The notes under the pieces are model-generated. The model ran no database searches and was not told the DNA's origin. It was given only the letters and a program-made list of their open reading frames with translations. From NCBI RefSeq assembly GCF_018350175.1, contig NC_058368.1, positions 126,296,001-126,360,000 of the forward strand: a stretch of 64,000 nucleotides of DNA, in the 5' to 3' direction. How positions within the stretch are numbered: the first letter of the stretch is position 1; each line of letters starts with the position of its first letter. This DNA comes from Felis catus (taxonomy: Eukaryota). Shown here in pieces: positions 14,148-27,700 of the stretch. The position numbers and the translations under genes are program-made.

Positions 14148-14375
14148 ACAGCATGGGGTAATAAAAAGTGCTTGGGTTTGGAATCAGATAAATTTGGGTT
14201 CAAATCCCTGATCTACCCCTAACGGTAGGTGAGTTACTTAACTTCCCTGAAATTCATTTTCCTTATCAGTAAAATGGGAATTACAATTATAAATAAAGAC
14301 CATAAAAAATGGTGGCTATGGTAAGAATGGAATGACCTCATGTATATTAATTTGCCCAGTAAATAAAAGATGTTC
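14148..14375 (+). mobile_element. MIR
   Basis: TGGAATCAGA...GGGTTCAAATCCC...TTACTTAACTTCCCTG...CAGTAAAATGGG core. Confidence 0.7.
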
Positions 14376-15612
14376 AAAAAAATGTGAATTCTCTTCCATC
14401 CGCAACGTGGCTCCCACCTACCTTCAGTCTTGACTCTCATTGTCCTTACAGGACAGGATTTTGCTTTAGCCAATGGGTGTGGCTCTTGAACACACTCAGC
14501 TCACTCTCTTTTGCTTGAGTTATCTCTACTTCCTGAAGATGTTCATCCCCTTTTTTATGGTTTGTACAGATCCTTCTATTTTACCAGAGTCTATGTCTCC
14601 TTGGCTGTCACTTATTTCCAGGAGAAAAAAGAAGTGTTCAAACAGAGCATGTAGACAACACTCTGAAGTCTTTAGCTCTGAACACTCAAGCAGGCCTGTG
14701 GCAGGGACCTGTGGACATCTGTTCTCCTGGAGTGTACCAACCATGTCACCCCTCCACTGGTGCCTCCATGCTTATTGCCTTACCGCAACAGTCACTCATC
14801 CCCATCCTAGCTGATGTTGCTGTGTGGCACTCTGGTGCTGTGGTTGCCCCTCTGACATCCTTTGATCCCCAGCATGGTCCTCAGCACTCCTTCCCCATTC
14901 TTTCCCTTGCTCACCATTGTTTCTGATGGCACTAAATCATGCTGGGTGACTTTGGAACCTATGGATGACTTAAGCGTACAACTTATGCTCCTCAAATCTT
15001 CATCTTATCAGGTCTGGGTACATCAATGTATATAAAGGAAAAGATGGCTCCAGGTGACACAACCCTGAGTAATCTGAATGTCTCACCATCCTCTTGCTGA
15101 GGCTTTTGGTAACTGTTGTTGCACCTCCCTTATTAGGCTTGCTTTCCTAGTTTGTCACCAACCCTTCTTTCCCTCCCACGGTTTTAAACTCTGGGCCTGA
15201 GCTGGGAGGCACTTCTAGGGGCTCTGTTCATTGTCTCATACCAATAGTTAGGCTTTCTGAATTCATGGAAGGCAATTTTCTCCTCCTGCAGGCTAAGTTC
15301 TCAGCCCACCTGCGGTGCTGTCAGGAAGCTAGGAAGTCCCATTCACTGTCCCTTGTCACCCCTTCTCCCCTTCAGTAAGTTTCTTAAGCTCACTGTGCTT
15401 CCAGTAGTAGTTCTCAAACTGTGGAGCTCTTGCCCTCAAAATTGAATTAATCTGCATAAAGCATTTCACACCGTGTGTGGATGTGTTGGTCATAGCACGA
15501 ACAAAGGTATCTTGTTGAGGAAGCAAGATACGATCCAGCCATATGCCACTCCCAAAGCCCAAGCGTGGGTATGGGATTGACCTTCCCAGAGGAAGAGGCA
15601 GCACCTTATTTA

Positions 15613-16078
15613 TGCATTTATTTGTGTGTTTATGCCATTTATTTATGATTTAAAAATTTTTCAAAATATAAATGAAATATAATAGAATCTTATATTAGTT
15701 TCAGGTGCACACAGTAGTCATTCCACAATTCTGTACATTATGCAGTGCTGATCACAAGCTAAGTGTACTTATGTACATACAATGTTACTACACTATTACT
15801 ATTTTTCCTATGCTCTATGTTTCATCTCCATGGTTTATTTATTTTGTCACTGAAAGTATGTACACCTTAATCCCCCTCCCCTCTGATGTCCACCAGTTCT
15901 CTATACTAATGAGTCTGTTTCTGGTTTTTGTTTGTGTGTTTTGTTTGTTTAGATTCCGCATGTAAGTGAAATCATATGGTATTTGTCTTTCTTTGACTGA
16001 CTTATCTCACTTAGCAAATGGGTCCATCCTTGTTACAAATGAAAAGATCTCATTCTTTTTATGGCTAAGTAATATTCC

Positions 16079-16124
<46 letters not shown>

Positions 16125-16932
16125 CACATCATATCTTCTTTATCTAGTCATCTATTTATGGTCATTTGGATTGCTTCCATATCTTGGCTATTGTAAATAA
16201 TGCTACAATCAACATAGGGGTGCATATGTCTTTTCGAATTAGTGTTTTTATTTTCTTTGGGTAAATACCCAGTAGGGAATTACTGGGTCATAGAGTATTT
16301 CTACTTTTAATTTTTTAGCAACCTCAGTACTGTTTTCCACAATAGTTGCACCAATTTACATTCCCAGCAACAGTGCACAAGGGTTCCCTTTTCTTTACAT
16401 CCTCACCAACAGTTGTTATTTCTTATCTTTTTGATACTAGCCATTCTCACAGGTGTGAGGTGGTATCTCATTGTGGTTTTGAGTTGCATTTCCCTGACGA
16501 TGAGTGGTGTTAAATATCTTTTCATGTGTCCATTTGCTCTCTGTATGTCTTCTTTGCAAAAATGCCTGTTCAGTTTCTCTGTCTGTTGTTTTAATCAGTT
16601 TCTTTTTTAGGTTGAGTTGCACAAGTTCTTTATACATTTTAGCTATTAACACTTTTAAGATAGATCACTTGCAAATATCTTCTCCCATTTACTAGGTTGC
16701 CTTTTTGTTTTGTTGGTGGTTTCCTTTGCTATGCAAAAGCTTTTATTTTAGTGTAGTTCTGATACCTTATTTTTTATTTTGTTTCCCTTGGCTCAGGAGA
16801 CATATGCATATATATATTGCTAAGGCCTAGGTCTAAAAGAGTACTGTTTATGTTTTCTTTTAGGAGTTTTATGGTTCCAGGTCTCACTTAGACTTTTAAT
16901 CTGTTTACATTTATTTTTTTTTTGGGGGGGGG
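15613..16932 (-). mobile_element. 5'-truncated L1 (3' end of ORF2 plus 3'UTR)
   Basis: Antisense L1 hallmarks (GGTGTGAGGTGGTATCTCATTGTGGTTTTG, TTGGGTAAATACCCAGTAG); TSD-like AGCACCTT(A/T)TT at 15600 and 16933. Confidence 0.92.
16082..16121. repeat. (GT)20 microsatellite within L1
   Basis: Direct reading. Confidence 0.98.
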
Positions 16933-17322
16933 AGCACCTTTTTAAGTCTGTACAAAGATACCATTGCTTGTTAAACCCTACGCCCACCACCTAAGGGGCT
17001 TTTTCTAAGTTATATGAAGGTTCTGAGCCAGTGTAAGCCATGGTAGGACTTAATCCAAGCTTCATAAATCCTAGCTAACATAAGTCTATTACTGACTCCA
17101 AATATTAACTGTCCCAAGAGACTGTCTCGGAAAAAAATTAATGAGATACTAACTATTAAGGGCTTTAAGTTCATGGAAACACTGAGACTGCAACCAAAGG
17201 AAGGGCATTGTAATCAAAGTAAACATTCCCTCATTGATCTTACTTATATTGTTCATACACTAACCAGAAATTTTTCCTTGTTGCAGTTGACCTTACTAAA
17301 ACCTTAACAACAGGAATCTTCC

Positions 17323-17533
17323 GGGGGTGTCTGGGTGACTCAATTGGTTAGGCATGCGACTTCAGCTCAGATCATGATCTTATGGTTGGTGCATTTGAGC
17401 CCCACGTCAGGCTTTGTGCTGACAGCTCAGCTGGAGTCTGCTTTGGATTCTTTGTCTCCCTGTCTCTCTGCCCCTTCCCTGTTCGTGTTTTTTCTCTCTC
17501 TCTCTCTCAAAACTAAATAAACATTAAAAATAA
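17323..17533 (+). mobile_element. Can-SINE
   Basis: Typical head and tail; TSD AACAG(G/A)AATCTTCC. Confidence 0.92.
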
Positions 17534-18112
17534 AACAGAAATCTTCCTTTGAGTCTACCCCTTGTTTTAATTTTGAAATATAATAGGTCTGACTTAGTTA
17601 TCTGCCAAGTTAGAGGATTGGCTCATAGTAGTCCTATACAGCTTTTGTTAAAGCAACAATCAGACACAGAACACATTTATTTTGGGAAAGTTTGAGAGAT
17701 AGTATGGTGTTTTACTCAGAGACATACTAGGGGGAAAATGTACTTTCCTTCCCACTGTAAATGCTGCACAGTGAAATTCTCAGACATGACATCATCAGTT
17801 TCTGGTTTCCCAATGAGGAATCTTAGACTATAGAGCTAGTCTGGGGGAATATGAAGCAGATGCACCAGTACTAGAAAAGGTGAAAACTCTAGAGAACAGT
17901 TCCTTTCTTAAAAAGGATCCATTTGAAGCAAGGTCTCCAGGAATTCTAGAATCTTTCCATGAGAACAAAGGGATGATTAAAGTGGTAGGTTTAAGAGAAA
18001 CAAGGTATTTAAGAATTATCTAATTTATAATATGTGACTATAATAAAACTATGGCATACTCTATTCCTACACAAGACTGTTTTAGCTTCAGGGAAATTAA
18101 AGTAGCAAACAG

Positions 18113-18373
18113 TTTTTTTTTTTTTATTTTCGTATGAAGTTTATTGTCAAATTGGTTTCCATACAACACCCAATGCTCATCCCAACAGGTGCCCTCCTCA
18201 ATACTCATCACCCACCCTCCCCTCCCTCCTACCCCCCATCAATCCTCAGATTCTTCTCAGTTTTTGAGAGTCTTTTTATGGTTTGGCTCTCTCCCTCTCT
18301 GACTTTTTTTTTCCTTCCCCTCCCCCATGGTCTTCTGTTAAGTTTCTCAGGATCCACGTAAGAGTGAAAACAG
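18113..18373 (-). mobile_element. Short 5'-truncated felid-type L1 3' end
   Basis: Poly-T, then TTTATTGTCAAATTGGTTTCCATACAACACCCA...GTGCCCTCCTCAAT, typical of the feline L1 3'UTR. Confidence 0.85.
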
Positions 18374-19282
18374 ATTTAAAGAAATGCCTAAAGCGTATCG
18401 TTGTGATCATTTCTACATAAATGGCACCACTTTCAAAGTAGCTGAAGAAAAGAGATAGAAATATTTCAGTTTCAAAAAGGGATACACAATGTCCAGTGTA
18501 ACATATGCATTCAGAGTCAAGGATTTGTGGAAATACTGTTGAGGGATTACAGAGCTACAAGTCAGGGACAGATGAAGCATGCATCAGGGAATAGAGACTT
18601 CAAAGTATACTGTTCACAGTACGTATATGACAAGAAAATCTATGGACCCCCACTCTAAGTACATGTCATTTGTGAAGAAAGCTGAGCAAAGGAGACATAT
18701 GCTGTTTAGAAATATTAATACCAAGAGTGTAACATCTTCCAAATCCAAGCTAGAATACCAGATGCTGATGCTTCCTGGTCAATTGCCCAAGGTTTACTAT
18801 TTACTGTGTTCATAGGAGTATCACAGCAATGCCACAGTTATGTCACTTTTGGGAAATACCAGTAATCTCTACCAGGAATATATTTTTCATAAATAGAGAA
18901 GAAAGGATTTATATCAATAATATGTAAGTCATTTAAATATCTACAAGTAAAATACAGCCACATAATTCATAGGAGCAATAAAGCATAGCCACAAATTAAC
19001 ATGAATTAGATGTTCTGTCGCACTAGTTAAAGAGATGTAAGATTTAAAGACTTTTCTTTTCCTATGAAATTGACTTCAAACTTTCTTTTTTTTTTAACTT
19101 GTCAGAGTTAGATGAAAGTGCTGAAGCTAGTGTGAGCACATAAAGCAGCATACACACTCCTAACAGGATCAAAACTCAGTACTGTCCTTCTCGAGGTCAT
19201 TTGGCAATATGGGAACATAACTATAACTCTAGTCCAGAAGGTTCATTTCTAGTAATCGGTTCTAAGAAAATATTCAGTATCT

Positions 19283-19486
19283 CGAGCACTGGGTGGCTCA
19301 GTCAGTTAAGCACCCAACTCTTGATTTTGGCTCAGCTCATGGTCTCATGGTTCATGGGTCTCAGGGGTTCATGTCCTGCTGACAGCACAAAGCCTGCTTA
19401 AGAGTTTTCTCTCGCCCTTTCTCTCTGCTCTTCCCCCACTTGTGCACTCACTCTCTGTCTCTCTGCAAATAAACAAACATTTAAAA
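19283..19486 (+). mobile_element. Can-SINE
   Basis: CTGGGTGGCTCAGTCAGTTAAG head; TSD AAAATATTCAG. Confidence 0.9.
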
Positions 19487-20299
19487 AAATATTCAGAACT
19501 AACAGAAGTAAAAAAATTTACACATAAGCTTGTTCATTATAGTATTTTTTATAATGGCCAAATAATAAAAACAACTATAATATCCATCTCAGTGAGTTTT
19601 AAAAATAAAACATAGTTTGTAATATGCAATATGAAGCATCCAGTAAAAATACTGTTTTAAAGACTATAATATATAGGGAGAATAGAGAATTGTTCATGTC
19701 ATAATGTGAAACAGTAGCAAGACATAAAGCTGAATATATATTAAGATTTCAAGCATATGAGTGTGAGTGTAACGTGTGTGTGTCTCTGTATGTATCTGAG
19801 AGGTGATACTCTTAAATATTAGCAGTGGTTATCTCTGCATGGTGAGATTAATATTATTTTTTTAATGGAGAAGATAAGTAACCAGCTTGTATGTCAATTG
19901 AAATATTAGGAAATACTCCTCATTTGTATGAATGCATTTGCTTGACACTTCCAGATACATTCAGCACTTGAGCTGAGGAAATGCTGTCACAGTAACTGCA
20001 CTGCTTGAATAGGTTTGAAGAAATATCTGTGACCTAATAAACAAATAAGGTGTGGTGGGAACCAAAGTGGAAAATCAGGATCCTGGACACCACCTTACAG
20101 CATGTTCTTTCTAATGGGACACACTAAGCCAATCTCAACCAAAAAGCATTAAAAACTCTGGGAGACTAACCCTGACTAACGAGATTTGGATGTCTCACCA
20201 CAGAGTCAGAAGCAGAAAATGAGTAGTCCTGGTCTTCTTGACCTCTAGGTGGGAAGGAGAGCCATGTATTTTTCCTCATTTGAGCACAATGTAACTCCC

Positions 20300-20600
20300 T
20301 ATATGTCTATCACGAATGCATCTGCTTCAAGCCACAGAAACCCCAATCAAGTAATGGCTTAAGCCATTTAAAGGTTTTATTTTCCTTCTGTAACAACATG
20401 TCCAGCAGCCCGAGGTTGGTATCATAGCTCCACCATATCGTCAAATACCTGAGATGGTTCTACCCTTCCGGTTCAGTCATTTTAACAGATGGCTGTCACC
20501 ATCATGCCTTTGCACTGTGGTTGCAGGATGGCTCTGTCCAAGAAGAAAGGTCAAAAGGAGACAGGAGAAGGGCAGAGGGAAGCTGCTGCCTTAAAGAACT
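20300..20600 (-). mobile_element. Ancient MLT1-type LTR fragment
   Basis: CTGCTTCAAGCCACAGAAACCCC...AATGGCTTAAGCCA...GGTTTTATTTT resembles the reverse 3' end of MLT1J/K/L. Confidence 0.5.
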
Positions 20601-20819
20601 TTCCCCTATAGTGAGAAACATAGGTCCTCATTTGTTTAAGAACTGTTAACAGACTTTCTATTCTTCATTGCAACTGAATGCTTCCCTAATGACATAGCTT
20701 ATGTCCAAAAGGGCCTTTCTGATAATTCTCAACTAAGCCCTACTGAGAGAACAAAGTACATTGCATATTACACAATATTGTGTGCTTATTGAAAGGACAG
20801 CCCACCTTTTCTTCTTAAC

Positions 20820-21030
20820 CTGGACTCTGCTTGGGTTGAACACTGACTGTAACCCTTCCTAGGATCTAGACTCTGCTTAGATTGGGCACTGGCTCCAACC
20901 CTTACTATTAAATTACTCTAGGCAAGTTTTTTGATTTAACTAGAAACTTCCTCATCTGTAAAATGGGAAATACAATATTTACACCTTATATGGTTTTTTG
21001 TGAGCCTTAAATGAATGTATAGCATTCAGC
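20820..21030 (+). mobile_element. MIR with duplicated 5' segment
   Basis: GGCAAGTT...TTCCTCATCTGTAAAATGGG core. Confidence 0.65.
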
Positions 21031-21529
21031 TGATCTGCTAATGCTGAATGATTTAAATTATTGATATTTCTTTTGTAAACTAATTTTAATACTTATGTCA
21101 ATTTTTTAATCTATAAGGAAAACAGTATTTAAGAAACCATGGGTATCCTGCACTAATATTAAGCACAGGATGAACAAAAATCAATTTTGGTTTTCTGTTA
21201 ATATTTTCAAGTCTTTATGTTTGGAAGCTTCACCTTTTGAAATTCTACCTCCTCCAAACCTTATTCACCTGGAAAATTGGTTGTGCATGTCTCACCTTGA
21301 AAATACATCTTTATGTCCCCACATTTCTCCTTATTCATTTATACCTCATCTTCTTTGCCTTCAGCTATGTTACTCAACAATAAATCATTTGGTCAACAAT
21401 ATTCATTGAGCATCTATTATGTTCAATACGCATTTAAAGGAGATAAGAAAAACTAGAAGCATTTCCATTCTGTGAGAAAGAAATCAGAATTTATTAGATA
21501 GCTGTATCTTCTGTCAACAGAGGTCTGCA

Positions 21530-21890
21530 CTCTGAGAGCTGACACTCAGATTCTGACAATATTTGAGACCAGACCGTTTTGTAATATATAATATTGTGGC
21601 ATTTTTGAGAGTTATACATTGCATATACTTATATTGCATATGATATAATTCACCGGAGATCTGGGGCATTGCCTTATAATTAGCATATTACTACAGTAAA
21701 ATGTATTAATAGTCACTCTAAGAAGAAGGAATAAATACTATAAATAGATTTGCATCAGTTGAAGTCAACTTTTGCTACTAAATAATTCAGACCAAGTGAG
21801 GTTTTTGTCTCCAAATGAATTACAAAAATCTTTTCAATTTTTCAGGGTTTTTGTATTTTAGATTTGGAGAAAAGGGATTGTAGACTTGTA
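21530..21890 (-). mobile_element. Tigger-family non-autonomous DNA transposon (MER46C-like)
   Basis: Right end reads TA-CAAGTCTACAATCCCTT...AAAATACAAAAACCCTGAAAA on the minus strand. Confidence 0.45.
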
Positions 21891-23429
21891 CCAGACATTT
21901 CAGTGAGATGTGACACAGTCTAGATAGATGAGCAAACCAAGATGGCTTCTCTCTCAATAACCTTTTTATTACATAAATTAATCCAAGAACAGACATACAT
22001 GTCCTCAGACCACATTTGTGAACCCTATAGAAGAAACAAGAAAGATATTGAGAGCTATCCAGTATTCTCCTCCCTGATTCCAGATTTCAACTTTGGAAAA
22101 TCCCAGCCACCACAGATTGGAAGGAAAGTGTGTTTTTTTTAGGAGAGGAATATGTACATAAATGTTAGTTAAGACCCTAGTCTTAACATTGTAGAAGAAG
22201 TCAAAGAAAAATTTTTTTTCTATCTTATTTATGGTTTTGTGATTGTGGCCTGCATGAGTAGAGTACTTGGCTCTGGAAGTCTGAAGTTATTTTATATGAG
22301 GAATACATGTCCATTCTAAATCAGACTTAAAGAAGTAATGCATTTGAGTGAAAATGTATGACATCAGATTTTTCCTATGAGAAAATCATAAAAGAGGGAT
22401 AAAACTTCATTGGCCATTCGAGAGGAAAAGGGTATGGGATAAGGGAAGAAGAGAGTGTTAAGAAGGATCCAGGGATACCAATAATGTCTTCGTAATCAGC
22501 TTCAACCAACACTGTTGAAGGCAGGGTCATTATGTTGTTGATGGAACATTCCTTCCACCTCGCACAGTTAGTGACTTATTACTAAGATGTTTGTCCCTTC
22601 ACATCCTCCCTGAAATAGCTTTTCTCCATTTCTGAAGTTACAGCTTTAATCAGGAAATGAGGACCATTGTATAAGTTACCTATGAAAGAGTGCAAGTTGC
22701 ACAGATAGAATGATCCAATACACCATCCATTAACTCTTAACTACATTGATGTTTTTTTCAAGGTTGTGACAAAAAATGAAAAGAGCAGAATACGTTCATG
22801 ACAAGAGAATGCCGGTTCTAGCTAGTGTCTTTCTCAGAATTTCCCAAATAGTACCTCTATAAATAGTCACCCTCTACCCAGCAGAATTTGATTTGGAAAT
22901 TAACAGCTGCCTTAGTGAAGAATTTTAGCCCCACAGGAAAAAAAAAAAAAAAGTTTATTAGAGAAGCAGCTGCTAATTGCACTGCTGCATTTCCCGAATG
23001 TCTGACTGCTTCTGAGCCGCAATACACTGTTCCTCCATATATACAGTGTGGCTGTTCCAACAGTACAACAGTACATCCTTAAAGTGATTTCAGTGTTGTT
23101 TTAAAACATAGTCTCATAATGTAAGTCAGTAGAATTACAAGGCCGGATACCTGATTCACTTCAGTGCCCTCAGAGTACTAGTGCTTGGCTTCTTTATTAG
23201 TTAATCTACACTAGGCGCTTTCCTTTTGCTTCCTGTGGTTGTTCTAGGGGATAGTAATGGAGACTGGATAGGACCTAAGTACTCCCTGTGCCATGGGCAG
23301 GTGCCGGGGCAAAAGGCTGTCCTCTCTGTGTCAGAAACTGTGGGAAAGCCGTCGCCACAAGGTTGCTATTCTAGAGAATTCAGCATTTCTTTTAAACGTT
23401 TTGGTTTTATTGAAACCTTTTATTTTTTT

Positions 23430-23644
23430 TATTTATTATTTAAAAAAAATTTTTTTTACGTTTATTTTTGAGACAGAGAGAGACAGAGCATGAACGGGGG
23501 AGGGGCAGACAGAGAGGGAGACACAGAATCGGAAGCAGGCTCCAGACTCTGAGCCATCAGCCCAGAGCCCGACGCGGGGCTCGAACTCACGGTCTGTGAG
23601 ATCATGACCTGAGCTGAAGTCGGACCAAGCCACCCAGGCGCCCC
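23430..23644 (-). mobile_element. Young Can-SINE with a small deletion near the A box
   Basis: Near-consensus, CpGs retained; TSD AAACCTTTTATTTTTTT. Confidence 0.93.
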
Positions 23645-24029
23645 TAAACCTTTTATTTTTTTATTGAAACATTTTAAGTATTTTTTTTAGAAGATGTTAA
23701 GTAGACCACTCAATGTTTCTTTGTGTGAATGATTCTTCTTTCTCTCTCTGTGTCTCAGAGTTTAGAGTTTGCTCCACTGTAAATTGCTGTTAATGTCAAA
23801 CAATAAAGAACTAAAAAATAAGAATAGGACAGATTAATACACTCATTAATAAATACGTAGCGAGAAACTCTTAGGTGGCCGATGCTGTTTTAAACTTCTA
23901 GAATCTTATGTCTAGTAAGAGAGAGAATCCACATTCATAAATGGCTACAATGTAAGATTTTATGTAAGAAGTTCCAAAAAATGGGGAGACATCAGGAAGG
24001 TTTAGAGAAGCGGCTGGCAGGATAACTGA

Positions 24030-24535
24030 AGTAGTCACAAAAAACACAATGTCTTTTGTCTCTTGTCAAGCTGTAACACTTTTTCTGTTCTCTTCTGTCC
24101 TTCCTCTGCATCATAGGTGCTAGAAGGCTGGGAGCAACATTTTCTTGAATCCCTTGCTAGTACATTTTGGGAAAGATTCTGTCAATAAGAGGCACTTACA
24201 CAAAGTTTGAAGCCAAAAGAGACACAAAACCATATTATTGTTCCTTTGCCAGCAGTAATCCAATGGGTGAGCTACAGCGTAGTTGCGGGGTTTTAGTGAC
24301 TTTTGGTGTTTTCTTTAGAATTACCTACTTTCGTGCTTGAGGCCATCATGAACATCGATGGCAGTTTTCTGTGGTTGTTTGAACTTTCTTATTCTGTGAA
24401 TGTTAGTGGCAAAACTAAAAACTAGTGGTACTTTTCCCTGATCTTGGTTTCCTGCCATCCTTTCAAGCACCTGTATCCTCATGTTAAACCCTTTCCTAAC
24501 TAAACTTCCTATACATGTCACCCTAGCTGAGCACA
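24030..24535 (+). mobile_element. ERVL LTR remnant (LTR33-like)
   Basis: CATTTTCTTGAATCCCTTGC...GATTCTGTCAATAAGAGGCACT motif. Confidence 0.4.
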
Positions 24536-25781
24536 TAGCAGTAAGGAGGATTGGGTGTGGGTGGCAGAGTGGGAGGTAATCAGAAGCCAGGGTTGTCTAG
24601 AGATCAGCATGAGCGCAAGTACATCATCTTACCATCATTAACATTATCATCATCATTGCCAATATTTGTAGGATGTGCCAGGTACTGTTCTAAGCTCATA
24701 TTAACTCCCTTAATCCTTAAAATAGCTAACCTAAGTGGTATTATTGTAAAAATGAGGAAGTTAATGTCAAGAGGGGTTAATTAAGCTTGCCTAAGATCAC
24801 AGAACTACCAGGTAGTGAAACCAGAATTCATCGTGTTTGGACAATGAAAGATACATATTTAAAAAATAAATAAATATATGGCCAAAGAAATTTAGCCAAA
24901 ACATTGATGGATGGTCTTTACTAGTGTAAATTACTAATTTTGTTTAAAATTTTTATTTAAAAATGTTTTTAAACTCACAGAGGTTGCAAAAAAGCAACAG
25001 AGAGGTCCTGTGTACCTCCCCCACCCCACCCCCCCCCCCCCCCGCCATCCCTAAATTGTAACATCTTATGTAACTATAATACAATATCAAAAAGCAGGAA
25101 ATTGACATCAGTGTCATAGTGTTAGCTAGGCTACAGATCATATTCTGATTTCACCAGTTTTTACATGCACTTGTTTGTGCGTTTGTGTGGTGTCTGTTAT
25201 ATATGATGTGATCAAATAAATTAGAGTTTTTGAACTCAAGAATTTAACTTCATAATAAAAATATGCCCTAACATCTTTTCAAGAAGAAAAAGCTTTGCTC
25301 AATATAAACTCAGTGTGAGGGAATAATATAACATGATCCTTGAAAATGGCCATAGGCTGGTTTAATAGAAATGCATTTTAATAGAAATGCTTGTGGTATA
25401 CATTGCTTAGACCTCATCTGGGCAGCTGCTGTGCTCACCCAACTTAGGAGACACAAGACAAACTAGAGGAAGAGGAAAATGGATGTTGCAGAGTGATGAA
25501 CAAGGATCTGAAGTCCCTGCCTTACAAAGGAGGGGTGAGAGAATAGGCACTATTTATCCATGAGAAGAAATGATCCAGGCAAATGTTGTGTCAGGTTGCT
25601 CATCAACCCCCATATCTCACTTTTACACATGACACTCAGTTAAGCCAAGTACCCACTGAGGCAGGAGCATCTATAGCTTTCTCACTTTGGAAGCCGTCTT
25701 CCCAGAAAGACTTCCTTGATTTTTTATTAATCCTTTCTTGAATATATAAAGCGTTATCCAAATGACCCACATAATGAAGCC

Positions 25782-25965
25782 TAGTGGTTATCAAAGTGTG
25801 ATCCAATATCAGCAGCCTCAGAAATCCCTGGAAATTTGTTAGAAATACTAATTCCTGAACCCCACCTCAGATGTTCTGAATCAGGAACTCTGAGGGCGGA
25901 ACCCAGAAATCTTTACTGTAACATACCATCACGTAAGCTAATGCACACTAAAGTTCCAGATCTAT
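25782..25965 (+). mobile_element. MER5A-like hAT-Charlie MITE
   Basis: AGTGGTTATCAAAGTGTG...TTGTTAGAAAT...CCCCACCTCAGA...CTGAATCAGGAACTCTG. Confidence 0.75.
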
Positions 25966-26453
25966 GGTGTAACCCTTAACTGCCTAGGGTATTATTGTAC
26001 CAAATATGAATATCTTCTCTCCCCAACGACTGCTTTGTGAGAGAAGGCTCTATATCCCCAACTGTGTCCAGAACAAAACTAAGCATACTAAGATTGATCT
26101 AGAAGTGTTAGTCTATTTTGTTGAGAGAATTGTATCTGTTCTGACATATATCTTGAATTGGCATCCATCCAAGCATGAGAACCTTCTCTGATTTCCTAGG
26201 ATTTGATATAGTTCACTGTCAAAGCTAAGGTTATTAAAACTGTGATATACATCAACAACTGTCAGTGTTGTTAATACATTTTTTACACCAAACTGAGAGC
26301 ACAGACGTTGACTTCCCTTAAGGCTCTCCTGTTATATAGACTTGGCACATGTCCTCTGTTGACCAGCTGAGCTAAGGCCATGGCCAAAGGATAACTAACA
26401 TGCCTTTACTATGCAGCTCAGTTAGCTGGCTTCCATATCAAAGTTTGGGTCAT

Positions 26454-26674
26454 GGGGTGTGTGGGTGGCTCAGTTGGTTAAGCGTTTGCGTCTTGATTTC
26501 AGCTCAGGTCATGATCTCACAGATGTGCTGACAGCGTAGAGCCTGCTTGAGATTCTCTCTCTCCCTCTCTCTCTCTCTCCCTCTCTCTCTCTGCCCTTCC
26601 CTCACTCATACTCTCTCTTAAAATAAATTTTTAAAAAAACCTTAAAAATCAAATTATTAAAAAAAAAAAAAAAA
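26454..26674 (+). mobile_element. Can-SINE with internal deletion removing the B-box region
   Basis: GATCTCACAG joined directly to ATGTGCTGACAGC, unlike the other copies in the window. Confidence 0.88.
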
Positions 26675-27039
26675 GCTCAGGCCAGAGAGTGTAGATTTGC
26701 CTCTTCCATTCCAGTAAGAATATTGGAGCAAAATTCTTCCATTGGAGGTCATTAGTCTTATTTCCAAAGAAGTGTCACATAATCAAGAAGTATACATTAA
26801 ATAAATATTTCTAAGTGGTAAAAGGCAGGCACCGTGCTCTTTGAGAGTTGTTTTTAGGGACATCAGAGTGCTTCTGAGTTTAGTTCAAGAGAAAATCCTT
26901 CTGCCTCCCATCTCTCCACTGAATCCACAGGCTATGAGCAGTGAGGATCAGGTGCCCAGGATAGGCGATTCTTCTGGGTATGACTCCCAGTTTCCTGAGG
27001 GAGTTCCTGGACTTCTTCACTGACTGACAGGGCAAGAAG

Positions 27040-27245
27040 AGTGGTTCTCAGCATTTAGTGTATTTCAGAGTCATTTGGTTGAGAATTGCAACTCTCAGTG
27101 TATTTGAGAACATATTGAAAATGTACCTGGAGTCAATCTACAGAAATTCTGATTTAGTGTGTCTGAAGTGAAGCTGGAAATTTTATGTTTTTAGCAAGTA
27201 CCTATAGAGACTGATTCAGGAGGTCTGTGGAACACACCCAAATTA
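27040..27245. mobile_element. MER5-type MITE remnant
   Basis: AGTGGTTCTCA...AGAAATTCTGATTTAGT...TTTTAGCAAGTACC...TGATTC. Confidence 0.5.
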
Positions 27246-27379
27246 CAAGAAGAACAGTCTCACTTAGAGTATTTGACATAGGCTGAGACCCCAGTGAAGG
27301 GGCAGAAAGCAAGATGTCTGTTCTCCTCCCCTTCCCAGCCAGTCTTTAGAAGTGTATCATTGGTAGTGCATGTGCTGCT

Positions 27380-27700
27380 CATAATATATATACATATATA
27401 TAACCCAGGGATTATTGCACATATTATGGCAAGCTCCTGTTCTAGGCTCTGGGGATAGTGAGGGAACAAGAGAGACAGATCCACCATTAGGGGAAGACAG
27501 ATATTAACCATACCAGTATCAAGGAGACAAGGAGTACAACAAAAGTACAGCGATCTGAAGAAACATAGAGTAGAACTATGGCCAGAGTTGAGGAGCCAGG
27601 GGTTAGGAAGGGCTGACACTTTAGGGCACTTAAATAAAGATTTCACCCTGAGTGAGGGACATTTGGAGCATATGCAGAATATCATATTGCTATTGCTCAT
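27380..27700 (-). mobile_element. L2 fragment
   Basis: CTGTTCTAGGCTCTGGGGATAG...GAACAAGAGAGACA...GGGAAGACAGATATTAACCA. Confidence 0.5.
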
